A DNA stretch of 23,003 nucleotides from Candidatus Iainarchaeum sp. (GTDB lineage Archaea; Iainarchaeota; Iainarchaeia; Iainarchaeales; CSSED10-239). Location: assembly GCA_028700115.1 (NCBI GenBank), contig JAQVTI010000014.1, positions 1-23,003 on the forward strand. The letters are read 5' to 3'. Position 1 is the stretch's first letter; every line of letters begins with the position of its first letter. The notes under the pieces were generated by a model, which worked only from the letters and a program-made list of their open reading frames with translations, did not search any database and had not been told where the DNA came from. Positions 8,159 through 16,994 of the stretch are shown here, piece after piece. Both the position numbers and the translations under genes were made by a program.

Positions 8159-8431
8159 ATGAAAAAAGAAGTTTTAGAAAAAATAAGTGCATTAATTATT
8201 GCATCATTTGGTCTTGTTGCTGCTCTAGCTTGGAATGCAGCTATCCAAGAAATTTTTAAACAAATTTTTGGTTCTACAAGTGGAATTATTGCAATGTTAT
8301 TTTATGCAATAATTGTAACTGTTATTGCTGTGTGGATTACAATTAAATTTGCAAAATTAACTGAAAATGCAAATAAAAATATAAATAAATTAAAAATATC
8401 TAATAAAAATATTAAAAGAAATAAAAAATAA
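8159..8431 (+). CDS. DUF5654-like two-TM protein
   Basis: MKKEVLEKISALIIASFGLVAALAWNAAIQEIFKQIFG...; AAGGTG SD-like before ATG 8159 (the track start at 8150 is GTG). Confidence 0.65.
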   Translation: MKKEVLEKISALIIASFGLVAALAWNAAIQEIFKQIFGSTSGIIAMLFYAIIVTVIAVWITIKFAKLTENANKNINKLKISNKNIKRNKK

Positions 8432-8466
8432 ATTAAATAATTTTTTAATTATAATTATTTCTGTTC

Positions 8467-8510
8467 AACAAATATGGGTTTATTTTTTATTAAAATAACC
8501 CATATTTGTT
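8467..8510. terminator. Bidirectional terminator-like hairpin between convergent genes
   Basis: AACAAATATGGGTT (8467-8480) and AACCCATATTTGTT (8497-8510), 14-bp perfect arms with a T/A-rich loop; overlaps the 3' end of the 8480..8635 minus ORF. Confidence 0.6.
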
Positions 8511-8635
8511 AATTTAATTAATACTAATTGTTTAACTACATCTGCTCTTGAACAACCAATTTTATTTACTAAACTATCAATTATTTCTATTTGTTCCTTT
8601 GAAAAATAAGGACTAATTCTATTTTCTGAGGCCAT
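8480..8635 (-). CDS. 51-aa ribbon-helix-helix-like putative DNA-binding protein (not in track)
   Basis: Reverse-strand reading: MASENRISPYFSKEQIEIIDSLVNKIGCSRADVVKQLVLIKLTNMGYFNKK*; N-terminal strand, two helices and SRADVV spacing typical of RHH/CopG; TATA-like ATTATAAAAC just upstream. Confidence 0.7.
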   Translation of the reverse strand: MASENRISPYFSKEQIEIIDSLVNKIGCSRADVVKQLVLIKLTNMGYFNKK

Positions 8636-8659
8636 AATATCACTTCTACAGTTTTATAA

Positions 8660-8728
8660 TAGTAACTAATGAGTGAAAAGGTTTATATTCTTTATTATTA
8701 TTAAATATTTTGTAGTTACTAATAAGTG
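8660..8728. promoter_or_regulatory. Duplicated operator-like element in divergent intergenic region
   Basis: TAGTAACTAATGAGTG (8660-8675) and TAGTTACTAATAAGTG (8713-8728), 14/16 identical. Confidence 0.45.
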
Positions 8729-8748
8729 TTTATTAAATGAGGTGAATT

Positions 8749-9654
8749 ATGACTATAATAGATATTATTGAAAGAAAAGGAATAGGCCATCCAGATACAA
8801 TTGCTGATAATTTGTCTGAAAATTTAAAAAAAAAATTAGATAAAGAATATTTAAAACAATATAAAAAACTTTGTCATTTTAATGTAGATAAAACATTAGT
8901 TTCTGCAGGAGAAATTAAAAAAAATAAATTTATTAATCCTGTAAGAATTGTTTTTGCAGGTCAATATACAAAATTATTAAATATAGATGATATACTTTTA
9001 CAAGTTGTTAAAAAAACATTAAAAGTAGAAATTAATAGGGGTTTAGAATATAAAATATATAATTTTTTAAATCAAGGTAGTTTTGATTTAACTAATAATT
9101 TTAATTTTAAAAAATCAAATGATACGAGTTTTTCGGTAGGTTTTAAATTAAGCAAAAATCATAAATTAGTTAAAAATATTGGAAAATATTTAGATAATTT
9201 ATATAAATTAAATAAATTTATAGGAACAGATAATAAAATTATGTTAATTGAAAAAGATAATAGAATAAATTTATATATTGCTCTTGCTTTTTTAAATATA
9301 AAAAATTATTTTAAAGAAAAAAAAAAAATTGAAAATTATTTAAAAAATAAATATAAAGTAAATGTAAAAATTAATAATGCAGATACTAAAAATATAAAAT
9401 TTATTACAAAAACAGGAACTTCTTTAGAAATGGGTGATTCTGGAATGACAGGTAGAGGAAATAGAAGAAATGGTTTAATTACTCCATTAATGCCAATGAC
9501 TTTAGAAGCGTATTATGGTAAAAATTCTAATACACATATAGGACGAATTTATCAAGATTTTGCACAAAAAATTTCAAATAAAAAAAATAAAAATGTTTTA
9601 TTAATTAATAAAATTGGAAATGATATTTTGGATTATGATATTTTTGAAATTTAG
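8749..9654 (+). CDS. Compact archaeal-type S-adenosylmethionine synthetase
   Basis: ERKGIGHPDTIADNLSE, FNVDKTLVSAG, NQGSFDL, NDTSFSVGF, KTGTSLEMGDSGMTGRGNRRNGLITPLMPMTLEAYYGKNSNTHIGRIYQ match archaeal MAT; SD GAGGTGA before the ATG. Confidence 0.88.
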   Translation: MTIIDIIERKGIGHPDTIADNLSENLKKKLDKEYLKQYKKLCHFNVDKTLVSAGEIKKNKFINPVRIVFAGQYTKLLNIDDILLQVVKKTLKVEINRGLEYKIYNFLNQGSFDLTNNFNFKKSNDTSFSVGFKLSKNHKLVKNIGKYLDNLYKLNKFIGTDNKIMLIEKDNRINLYIALAFLNIKNYFKEKKKIENYLKNKYKVNVKINNADTKNIKFITKTGTSLEMGDSGMTGRGNRRNGLITPLMPMTLEAYYGKNSNTHIGRIYQDFAQKISNKKNKNVLLINKIGNDILDYDIFEI

Positions 9655-9730
9655 TTAATTTATTTTTTTATATGATTTTAATTTTTAATTATAACTAAGT
9701 TTATATATTTTTGTATATTATATTACTATT

Positions 9731-10897
9731 ATGACTAAAAAAAATAATTTTAAAAAATTAAATTATAAATTTTTATTGAAAATTTTATTTTTAATTATTA
9801 TATTTTGTTTAGTATTTATAATTATTTTAAAAATAAATAATAATAATTTAAAAGAAGATTTATTTGTCTTAAATAAAGATTATAATTCTTTAAATAAAGC
9901 TTATTTTAATTTAGATCAAAATTACTCTATTCTTAGTAAGGAATATTATTCATTAGATAAAGAATATATTTTTTTAGAAAGTAAATATGATCTTTTATTT
10001 CAAAAAAATCAAGATATTTTATCTAATTTGGATAATTTAAAATCTGATTATGATTATTTAATACAAGATTTAAATAATTTTAAAGAAGAACTAGAAGAGT
10101 CTATGACTTGGTTTAAAATAAATTCTTCTTTAAATAATATATCTGATGATTTTATAGAGAAAAGGACTAAGCATTTTTTAGATGAATGTATTTCTTGTTC
10201 TATTGATTTATGTACAATTAAAACTGCTTGTATAGATTTAAAAAATGATAAAAGTATCCATGTAAAATATGATGATGATATAACAACAAGTAATTCTTTT
10301 GATAAATTACAAGCTTTAGATAGTTTTTTAGAACAAAGAAAAGGAGACTGCGAAGATTTCTCTTTATTATATGCTGCTGAATTAAGATATTTGATTGAAA
10401 AAGCAGATGGAAAAGATATTATTTTTGAAATCATTATTAATTCAGACACTAAAAAAGATTATTATATAACAAATGATTGGTATTTTGAAGAAGGAATTAG
10501 TTTTATAGATTTTAGTTATAATGATTATAAATATCCATATGTTGTTTGTGGGAATTTATATGATCCAAATATAGATGATATTAGTGGGCATTGCTTAGTT
10601 ATGATTTCTGATAAAGAAATTAAAACAAATAAAGATATTTATGAAATTTCTGCAATTACAATTGAACCACAAACAGGTTTATTTCAAGGCAAATTAAATA
10701 AATATTTTGAAACAGAAATAGAAGTGTTTGATATAAGTTTAATAGATAAAGATATTTATGCTAATCAAACTGTTTATGAAATAATTACAGATAATGATTT
10801 ATATTATAATAATTATATTTATGAAAATATAGATATAGATGAAAGCAAATGGCTAAGTTATTCTTATTTTATAAATAAGATTGATGAAATTATTTAA
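9731..10897 (+). CDS. TM-anchored coiled-coil protein with transglutaminase-like cysteine peptidase domain
   Basis: N-terminal TM, heptad repeats, then RKGDCEDFSLLYAAELRYL (Cys) and ISGHCLVMI (His). Confidence 0.75.
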   Translation: MTKKNNFKKLNYKFLLKILFLIIIFCLVFIIILKINNNNLKEDLFVLNKDYNSLNKAYFNLDQNYSILSKEYYSLDKEYIFLESKYDLLFQKNQDILSNLDNLKSDYDYLIQDLNNFKEELEESMTWFKINSSLNNISDDFIEKRTKHFLDECISCSIDLCTIKTACIDLKNDKSIHVKYDDDITTSNSFDKLQALDSFLEQRKGDCEDFSLLYAAELRYLIEKADGKDIIFEIIINSDTKKDYYITNDWYFEEGISFIDFSYNDYKYPYVVCGNLYDPNIDDISGHCLVMISDKEIKTNKDIYEISAITIEPQTGLFQGKLNKYFETEIEVFDISLIDKDIYANQTVYEIITDNDLYYNNYIYENIDIDESKWLSYSYFINKIDEII

Positions 10898-10911
10898 AAA
10901 TCTGATTAAAA

Positions 10912-11292
10912 ATGAATGAAGTAGAACAAGATTCAAAAAACCTTTTTACAGGTATATGGAAATTAATTTATAAAACATTTTATGCAATGGCATATTCTTT
11001 TGTAATTAATATAATTTCTAGATATCTTAATTTTGTTTTTGGTCTAAATATTCCAGAAAATCTAATAACTTCTATTCTTTTAATTTTATTAAGTATTTAT
11101 TATGTTGTGGTTTATTTTAAAAAGACCAATTTATACTACCTATGTGGATGGATTATAGGTATAGTTATAATGTATACTTTAGGGATTTTAACTTCAGAAA
11201 ACGCATTTTTATATCTAGTAATTCCTGTAGGCTTATATTTAATTAGATATAGTGTTGGTGCAATTTTTAGAAGAAAAAATTATTTTTCTTAA
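10912..11292 (+). CDS. Multi-TM membrane protein, unknown function
   Basis: 126-aa hydrophobic ORF starting 14 nt after the transglutaminase-like gene. Confidence 0.7.
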   Translation: MNEVEQDSKNLFTGIWKLIYKTFYAMAYSFVINIISRYLNFVFGLNIPENLITSILLILLSIYYVVVYFKKTNLYYLCGWIIGIVIMYTLGILTSENAFLYLVIPVGLYLIRYSVGAIFRRKNYFS

Positions 11293-11309
11293 ATAAAAAA
11301 AAAGAATAA

Positions 11310-11335
11310 AAAAGAGTTTTTAAAAAAACTCTTTT
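11310..11335. terminator. Bidirectional terminator-like hairpin
   Basis: AAAAGAGTTTTT (11310-11321) / AAAAACTCTTTT (11324-11335) between convergent CDSs. Confidence 0.6.
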
Positions 11336-11339
11336 AAAT

Positions 11340-11561
11340 TTATTCTATAAATTCTCCAACATCAATTTCAGAAAGCATATCTTCTTCTGTTATAATTTCT
11401 GGAATTTCTGTTTCATCAGGAAATATTTCTTCAAATTCTACAAAATCATCATATGTATTAACATTATTAATAGCTTTATTTGTAGTTGCAGAAATTACTA
11501 AAAATAAACCTGCAATAACAACTAAGGCAATAATTATTCCAATAAATAAATCTTTTTTCAT
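11340..11561 (-). CDS. Small acidic single-TM protein
   Basis: MKKDLFIGIIIALVVIAGLFLVI... with an acidic tail; GGAGG SD; ATG overlaps the upstream stop as TGATG. Confidence 0.7.
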   Translation of the reverse strand: MKKDLFIGIIIALVVIAGLFLVISATTNKAINNVNTYDDFVEFEEIFPDETEIPEIITEEDMLSEIDVGEFIE

Positions 11562-12532
11562 CAATTATTACCTCCTTTATATCCTGTACCGTCTTGAGGC
11601 ATATTATAATCACAATCTTCTGCATTTAAACAATTATTTTCATTATAATTACTTAATCCTTGTTTTTTATAATTTTTATAATCTCCAATTGCATTTAGAT
11701 TACAATTAATATTTATATCCCCATCTTGGCATTTTTGAGAAATTTCTTGGTATCTATTTTGTTTTTGTTCTGATATTTTATTTTGAATTGAATCCATTTT
11801 ATTAGATATTAAAAGTCCTTTGTTTATTTTAGCTTGTTGTTTAATTTCAGTTTGTTTTATTTTAAATTCTTGAATAAGTTTTTGTCTTTCTTCAATATTT
11901 AAATCAGACATTTTTTCAAAGCCTTTATTTTTTGCAATTTCACTTATTTTTAATCCAATGTTTTCTTTTACTTTTAAATTATGATTTTGTGCAAGATTTC
12001 TTATTTTATTCATATTTTCTTGTCTTATATCTTGTTTAACACCTTTATATTCTTCTTTAATAGATTGTCTTAAAGATACATCTGTATTATCTACTAAAAA
12101 ACTTCTGATATCTTGAACAATATCTATAACTTGTTTTTTATAAGTTATAAAATCTAGAGACATTTCTTCTATATTTGTATCTTCGATATTTAAGTTTTCT
12201 AAATAGTTTTCTAAACTAGAATTAATTTCATTTAATTCTAGAATTTTAGATTCTAAAAAGAAAGTATCTATCTGTGAATCTAGATTTACATCTAAATTAT
12301 ATTCTTCAATAGATTTAGAAATTATTTCTAAATGTGCTACTTTTTGATCAATTGTGTTTTGTAATTGTATTAATCTAACCTCAATACCGTAAGGTGTTTG
12401 TGCATAATTTTCAAGATCATCTATTGATTCTTGAATTTCTGTTTCTGTAATTTCAACATCTTCTGCAAATACATTTCCTAAAAGAAAAGCAAATACAAAA
12501 GCAATTGCAATTATTCCTAATATTTTTTTCAT
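11561..12532 (-). CDS. Secreted/anchored helical coiled-coil protein, unknown function
   Basis: 323-aa ORF, signal-like N-terminus MKKILGIIAIAFVFAFLLGNVFA, long Glu/Lys/Gln helices, Cys-containing C-terminus; AAGGTGA SD. Confidence 0.75.
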   Translation of the reverse strand: MKKILGIIAIAFVFAFLLGNVFAEDVEITETEIQESIDDLENYAQTPYGIEVRLIQLQNTIDQKVAHLEIISKSIEEYNLDVNLDSQIDTFFLESKILELNEINSSLENYLENLNIEDTNIEEMSLDFITYKKQVIDIVQDIRSFLVDNTDVSLRQSIKEEYKGVKQDIRQENMNKIRNLAQNHNLKVKENIGLKISEIAKNKGFEKMSDLNIEERQKLIQEFKIKQTEIKQQAKINKGLLISNKMDSIQNKISEQKQNRYQEISQKCQDGDININCNLNAIGDYKNYKKQGLSNYNENNCLNAEDCDYNMPQDGTGYKGGNN

Positions 12533-12553
12533 ATATAATTCACCTTTTATTTT

Positions 12554-12572
12554 ATTCTTTAGATTAAAGAAT
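12554..12572 (-). promoter_or_regulatory. Hairpin in the likely 5' UTR of 11561..12532
   Basis: ATTCTTTA-GAT-TAAAGAAT, 8-bp perfect arms between the TATA-like element and the SD. Confidence 0.35.
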
Positions 12573-12597
12573 AGTTTAGTTTAATAAAATAATTAGA

Positions 12598-12638
12598 AGT
12601 GAAACCCTTAATATACTTTTAGTGAAACTAACTGAAAC
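12598..12638 (-). promoter_or_regulatory. Promoter with three GTTTCA repeats flanking a TATA-like element
   Basis: Plus strand AGTGAAAC at 12598-12605 and 12621-12628, ACTGAAAC at 12631-12638; CTTAATATACT between the first two. Confidence 0.4.
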
Positions 12639-12662
12639 AAAATAGATAAATGTAAGAAACAT

Positions 12663-13388
12663 CTATTTTAAAGATATTTTAAATGTGTTTCCAAATTTTT
12701 TTTTTTCAATAATTTCTTTTTTAATTAAGGAATCTATATTTCTAGAAAGAGATCCTTTTGGTATATCTAAAGTTTTTGATAAATAGTTTTGAGTTACAAA
12801 TTTTTCTTTTTTTATAATTTCTATTATTTTTTTTTGTCTAAAGTTAAGTTCATCTATTTCAATTTTATTTAATTTTTTAGGTTTATTTTTTTTAAATCTG
12901 TAATGTAGATAATAAATTCCACCAAATATAATAAAAAACATTAAAACTATTAAAAAAGATATGTAATCTCTAGATTTTGTTTCTAAATCTGTTGTATATT
13001 GTATTTTTATATTTATTTTTTCATTTTGACCAATTGATGAAATTTTAATTTTATTATATTCATTATATATTCTTATGTTGTTATCTGAATGAATATAGTT
13101 TATAATTGAATTTTCAGGAAGTGTAATTGAATAAAAATAATCTTTAAAAACAGGTGTTAATATTTCAAATGTCCAATATTCTTTGTTTTTTGAAATAAAT
13201 TCTTGTGAGCTTTCAATATCTAGTAAATTATAATTTGTATTTGCTTTTATTTCAGTAATTCCTGTATTTAATATATTAAATTCAAAATTTCCAATATAGT
13301 TTATTTCTTGTGGTAATGAATATATGTTGCTTATTGAAATAATTAAAAATATATTAATAAATATATATAAATATTTATAGTCCATCAA
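12663..13388 (-). CDS. Membrane-anchored winged-HTH transcriptional regulator
   Basis: Signal/TM, extracytoplasmic domain, TM FLIVLMFFIIFGGIYYL, C-terminal wHTH RQKKIIEIIKKEKFVTQNYLSKTLDIPKGSLSRNIDSLIKKEIIEKKKFGNTFKI. Confidence 0.8.
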   Translation of the reverse strand: MMDYKYLYIFINIFLIISISNIYSLPQEINYIGNFEFNILNTGITEIKANTNYNLLDIESSQEFISKNKEYWTFEILTPVFKDYFYSITLPENSIINYIHSDNNIRIYNEYNKIKISSIGQNEKINIKIQYTTDLETKSRDYISFLIVLMFFIIFGGIYYLHYRFKKNKPKKLNKIEIDELNFRQKKIIEIIKKEKFVTQNYLSKTLDIPKGSLSRNIDSLIKKEIIEKKKFGNTFKISLK

Positions 13389-13481
13389 AATATATCTTTA
13401 TAAAAAAATTTAAAAAGCCTTTTATTTATAATATGATTCGGGGTTTAAAAAAAATATCTGAAAAAAAGGAGTTTTTCAAAA

Positions 13482-14822
13482 ATGTATGATGTAATAATAG
13501 TGGGTGCAGGTCCAGCTGGGCTTTTTGCAAGTTATGAACTTAAAAAACAAAATCCAAATTTAACTATTTTATTAATAGATAAAGGTAATTTAGTAGAAAA
13601 TAGAAAAAAAACCGAAGTTATGAATGGTTTTGGTGGAGCAGGAACATTTTCTGATGGAAAACTTCATTTTACACCTGTTCTTTCTCATGAAAAGATGTTT
13701 CATTTATTTTCTATTTCAGAATATCAAAAATATTTAGATTATATTGAAAGACTATTTTTAGATTATGGAGTAGAACCAAATTATTTCCCAAAAGATCTTA
13801 ATAAAGCAAAAAATTTAGTTGATATTGCAGAAAGAAATAATATTAAATTGTTTATAAGAAAAACTTTACATGTAGGTACAGATAAATTACCTCAAATTAT
13901 TCAAAAAATACAAGAGGATATTAAAAAAGAAGGTGTAAAGCTTTTACCAAAAACTGAAATTAAGGATTTAATTATTGAAAATAAAAAAATAAAAGGAATA
14001 ATTACTTCTGAAAATAAAATATTTTATGGAAAAAATATAATTCTTGCTCCAGGAAGATATAATGCTGCATGGTTAGAAGAAATTACAGAAAAATATAATA
14101 TTTCTAAAGTTTATGATAAAGTAGAAGTAGGAGTTAGAGTTGAGTTTCCTCAAAGTATAAATAATGGTCATTCTGAGTTAATGTATGAAACAATATATTC
14201 ATTATATACTAAAACATATGATGATGTGGTTAGAACATTTTGTCCTTGTCCAAAAGGTTTTGTTGCAATTGAAGATTATAAAGATTTTATATGTGTAAAT
14301 GGTTATTCTAATTCAGATAATGATGGTACAAATTCTAATTTTGCATTAGTTGTTGAAGTTAATTTAACAAAACCTTTGCAATCTACTAGAAAATATGCAG
14401 AGTTTGTTGCAAAAGGTGTAACTTTAATAGGTGATGGGAAACCTATTGTTCAAAGATTTAAAGATTTAAAAAATGGAAGAAGATCAACTGAGTCTAGAAT
14501 GAAAAAAGCACATATTATTCCTTCTTTAAAAGAAGCTGTTCCTGGAGACATAGGTATGGCTCTTCCATATAGAATTACAAAAAATCTAATTGAAGGAATT
14601 GAACAACTAAGTAAAATTTTACCAGGTCTAGATGGGGATTCTACTTTTTTATATGCTCCTGAAGTTAAATTTAGATCAAATAAAATAAAAACAAATAAAT
14701 TTTTAGAAACTGAAATTGAAGGTCTTTTTATGGCTGGAGATGGAGCAGGAGTTTCAGGAAATATAGTTGGTGCTGCAATTTCTGGAATTGTTGCAGCAGA
14801 AGGTATTTTAAAAAAGAAATAA
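13482..14822 (+). CDS. FAD-dependent dehydrogenase (COG2509-like)
   Basis: YDVIIVGAGPAGLFASYEL dinucleotide-binding motif, VMNGFGGAGTFSDGKLHFTP, C-terminal GLFMAGDGAGVSGNIVGAAISG. Confidence 0.9.
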   Translation: MYDVIIVGAGPAGLFASYELKKQNPNLTILLIDKGNLVENRKKTEVMNGFGGAGTFSDGKLHFTPVLSHEKMFHLFSISEYQKYLDYIERLFLDYGVEPNYFPKDLNKAKNLVDIAERNNIKLFIRKTLHVGTDKLPQIIQKIQEDIKKEGVKLLPKTEIKDLIIENKKIKGIITSENKIFYGKNIILAPGRYNAAWLEEITEKYNISKVYDKVEVGVRVEFPQSINNGHSELMYETIYSLYTKTYDDVVRTFCPCPKGFVAIEDYKDFICVNGYSNSDNDGTNSNFALVVEVNLTKPLQSTRKYAEFVAKGVTLIGDGKPIVQRFKDLKNGRRSTESRMKKAHIIPSLKEAVPGDIGMALPYRITKNLIEGIEQLSKILPGLDGDSTFLYAPEVKFRSNKIKTNKFLETEIEGLFMAGDGAGVSGNIVGAAISGIVAAEGILKKK

Positions 14823-14825
14823 GTT

Positions 14826-14845
14826 AGTTGTATATTTATACAACT
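14826..14845 (+). terminator. Terminator-like hairpin
   Basis: AGTTGTATA-TT-TATACAACT, 9-bp perfect arms, 3 nt after the stop codon. Confidence 0.45.
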
Positions 14846-14945
14846 ATTTATAAACCTTTTGTGTTTTAATATTATTGTAAGTTTGTTTTAATTCTTACAA
14901 TTACTTTTTCTTATTATTTACAAAAAAACATAAAAAGGTGAAAAT

Positions 14946-15599
14946 ATGAATCAAGAAGAAAATAAATTTCCTTTAATAGGAGATAAATTTCCTGAAATGA
15001 ATATACAAACAACTTTTGGTATAAAGTCTTTACCAAATGATTATAAAGGTAAATGGATTGTTTTATTTAGTCATCCTGCAGATTTTACTCCAGTTTGTAC
15101 AACTGAGTTTTATTCTTTTGCAAAAAGAAAGGATGAATTTGATAAATTAAACACAGAACTTTTAGGTCTTTCAATGGATCAAGTTTTTTCACATATTAAA
15201 TGGGCTGAATGGATTAAAGAGAATTTAGATCAAGAAATTAATTTTCCGATAATTGCAGATCATGGAAATGTTGCAAAAAAGTTAGGAATGCTTCACCCAA
15301 ATAATGGAAGTAATACAGTTAGAGCTGTTTTTATAATAGATCCTAATGGAATAATTAGACTAATTATGTATTATCCCCAAGAAATTGGAAGAAATGTAGA
15401 TGAAATTTTAAGATCTATTAAAGCTTTACAATATTCAGATAAAAACAAAGTTGCAATGCCTGAAAACTGGCCAAATAATCCTTTATTAAAAGATAAGGTA
15501 ATTATTCCACCAGCAACTGATGTAAATACAGCTAATAAGAGAAAAGATGAATATAAAGATTCATGTTATGATTGGTGGCTATGTTATAAAGAGATGTAA
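14946..15599 (+). CDS. Peroxiredoxin (AhpC/TSA, archaeal Prx6-like)
   Basis: [14 protein letters not shown] peroxidatic Cys motif, [17 protein letters not shown]-terminal extension with [13 protein letters not shown] Cys pair. Confidence 0.95.
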   Translation: MNQEENKFPLIGDKFPEMNIQTTFGIKSLPNDYKGKWIVLFSHPADFTPVCTTEFYSFAKRKDEFDKLNTELLGLSMDQVFSHIKWAEWIKENLDQEINFPIIADHGNVAKKLGMLHPNNGSNTVRAVFIIDPNGIIRLIMYYPQEIGRNVDEILRSIKALQYSDKNKVAMPENWPNNPLLKDKVIIPPATDVNTANKRKDEYKDSCYDWWLCYKEM

Positions 15600-15728
15600 A
15601 TCTCTTTTTCTTTTTTCCTTTTTTTAAATCAATTTATAAATTTTTTCTTCTTTCTTAAAATATATTAATTTAGGTAAAAACCTAATAAAATAATAAAGTA
15701 TATTTAAACTATTATATATTAGATTAAT

Positions 15729-16355
15729 ATGGATAATGAAAAAATTTTAATAAATAGAAAAACACTAAAAGCAATTGCATCTGATACAAGAATGAATATC
15801 TTAAAAGCTTTAGGTAATAGAAAATATACTTTATCAGAGCTTTCTTCTAAATTAAGTTTATCAAATGCAACTGTAAAAGAACATTTAGATGTTTTAGTTA
15901 ATTCTGATTTAATTAAAAAAAATGAAAATGATTATAAATGGAAATATTATTCATTAACAGAAAAAGGTAAAAAATTAATAAATCCAAAAGAAGTTAAAAT
16001 TTTAATTAGTTTTATGGTTTCTTTTTTAGCAACAATTGGATTTTTAATAACAATATTTTCAAGAAATACAAATTTAGCAGTAAGAAGTACAAAAAATATG
16101 GCTATGAAAGTAGGCACTTATTCTTCAGAAGTTGTAAATGACATAGTTACTGAATCAAGTCAAGCTATGTCTTCAAATGCAATAGATGGAATAAATCAAA
16201 TTGCAACAGTAAGTATTCCATCAACTATAAGTAATATTCCTTTATTTTTAATAATTATGAGTATTTTATTTGGGATAATTACAATTTTTTTGTTAGGTAT
16301 ATATATTCAAGAAAAAAGATCTAAAAAGAAAATAAAAATTCAAGTTATTGATTAA
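15729..16355 (+). CDS. ArsR-like wHTH protein with C-terminal TM segments
   Basis: N-terminal RKTLKAIASDTRMNILKALGNRKYTLSELSSKLSLSNATVKEHLDVLVNSDLIKK; two hydrophobic segments later. Confidence 0.85.
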   Translation: MDNEKILINRKTLKAIASDTRMNILKALGNRKYTLSELSSKLSLSNATVKEHLDVLVNSDLIKKNENDYKWKYYSLTEKGKKLINPKEVKILISFMVSFLATIGFLITIFSRNTNLAVRSTKNMAMKVGTYSSEVVNDIVTESSQAMSSNAIDGINQIATVSIPSTISNIPLFLIIMSILFGIITIFLLGIYIQEKRSKKKIKIQVID

Positions 16356-16357
16356 TT

Positions 16358-16933
16358 TTAGAAATTAATTGCTTTTAAAATAATTTTATTAATTTCTTTT
16401 TTCTTTTTTTCATCTATTTGATTTGTACAATTACCTATAACATATATTTTACTTTTTATTCCACAAAAACCTAAAATATCTTTTTTTATATTTTTAATTC
16501 CTCTATTTGCAAAACCTAAAGAATAAGCTATTTTTGGTGCCCCAGTAGTACAAATAACACTTGCTTTTTTATTTTTTAGAAGTTGGTTAAAATTTAATTT
16601 TGATATAAATTTATGTGAAAATCCAGGAGTAAAAACTCTATCAAAAAATCCTTTTAAAATAGAAGGTATGCTTCCCCACCATATAGGATAGATAAAAATT
16701 AATTTATCTGAAATTTTTATTTTTCTTTGAATTTTTTTAATATATAAAGATACATATGTGTTTCCAGAGGTATAATGTTCTTTTTCTTGTAAATTTGAAT
16801 TAAAATTTTCTTTATATAAATCTATTATTTCAAAATTTTCTTTTTTTATTTTAAGCTGATTAATTACATTACTTAAAATATATGAATTATAACCTTTTGT
16901 TTTAGGATGTGCATAAATAATTAATGTTTTCAT
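16358..16933 (-). CDS. Flavodoxin-fold NAD(P)H oxidoreductase
   Basis: MKTLIIYAHPKTKGYNSYI and FIYPIWWGSIPSILKGFFDRVFTPGF; the internal Met is a better start than 16978. Confidence 0.85.
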   Translation of the reverse strand: MKTLIIYAHPKTKGYNSYILSNVINQLKIKKENFEIIDLYKENFNSNLQEKEHYTSGNTYVSLYIKKIQRKIKISDKLIFIYPIWWGSIPSILKGFFDRVFTPGFSHKFISKLNFNQLLKNKKASVICTTGAPKIAYSLGFANRGIKNIKKDILGFCGIKSKIYVIGNCTNQIDEKKKKEINKIILKAINF

Positions 16934-16994
16934 AATTTTTCCAATTTTTTTAAAATATATTAAACAATTAACTATCAATATCTATATAAATTAA

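Noticed and set aside
10054-10449. 131-aa minus-strand ORF in the track
   Set aside because: Antisense to the transglutaminase-like gene; Ser/Lys-rich shadow translation with no own promoter or SD evidence.
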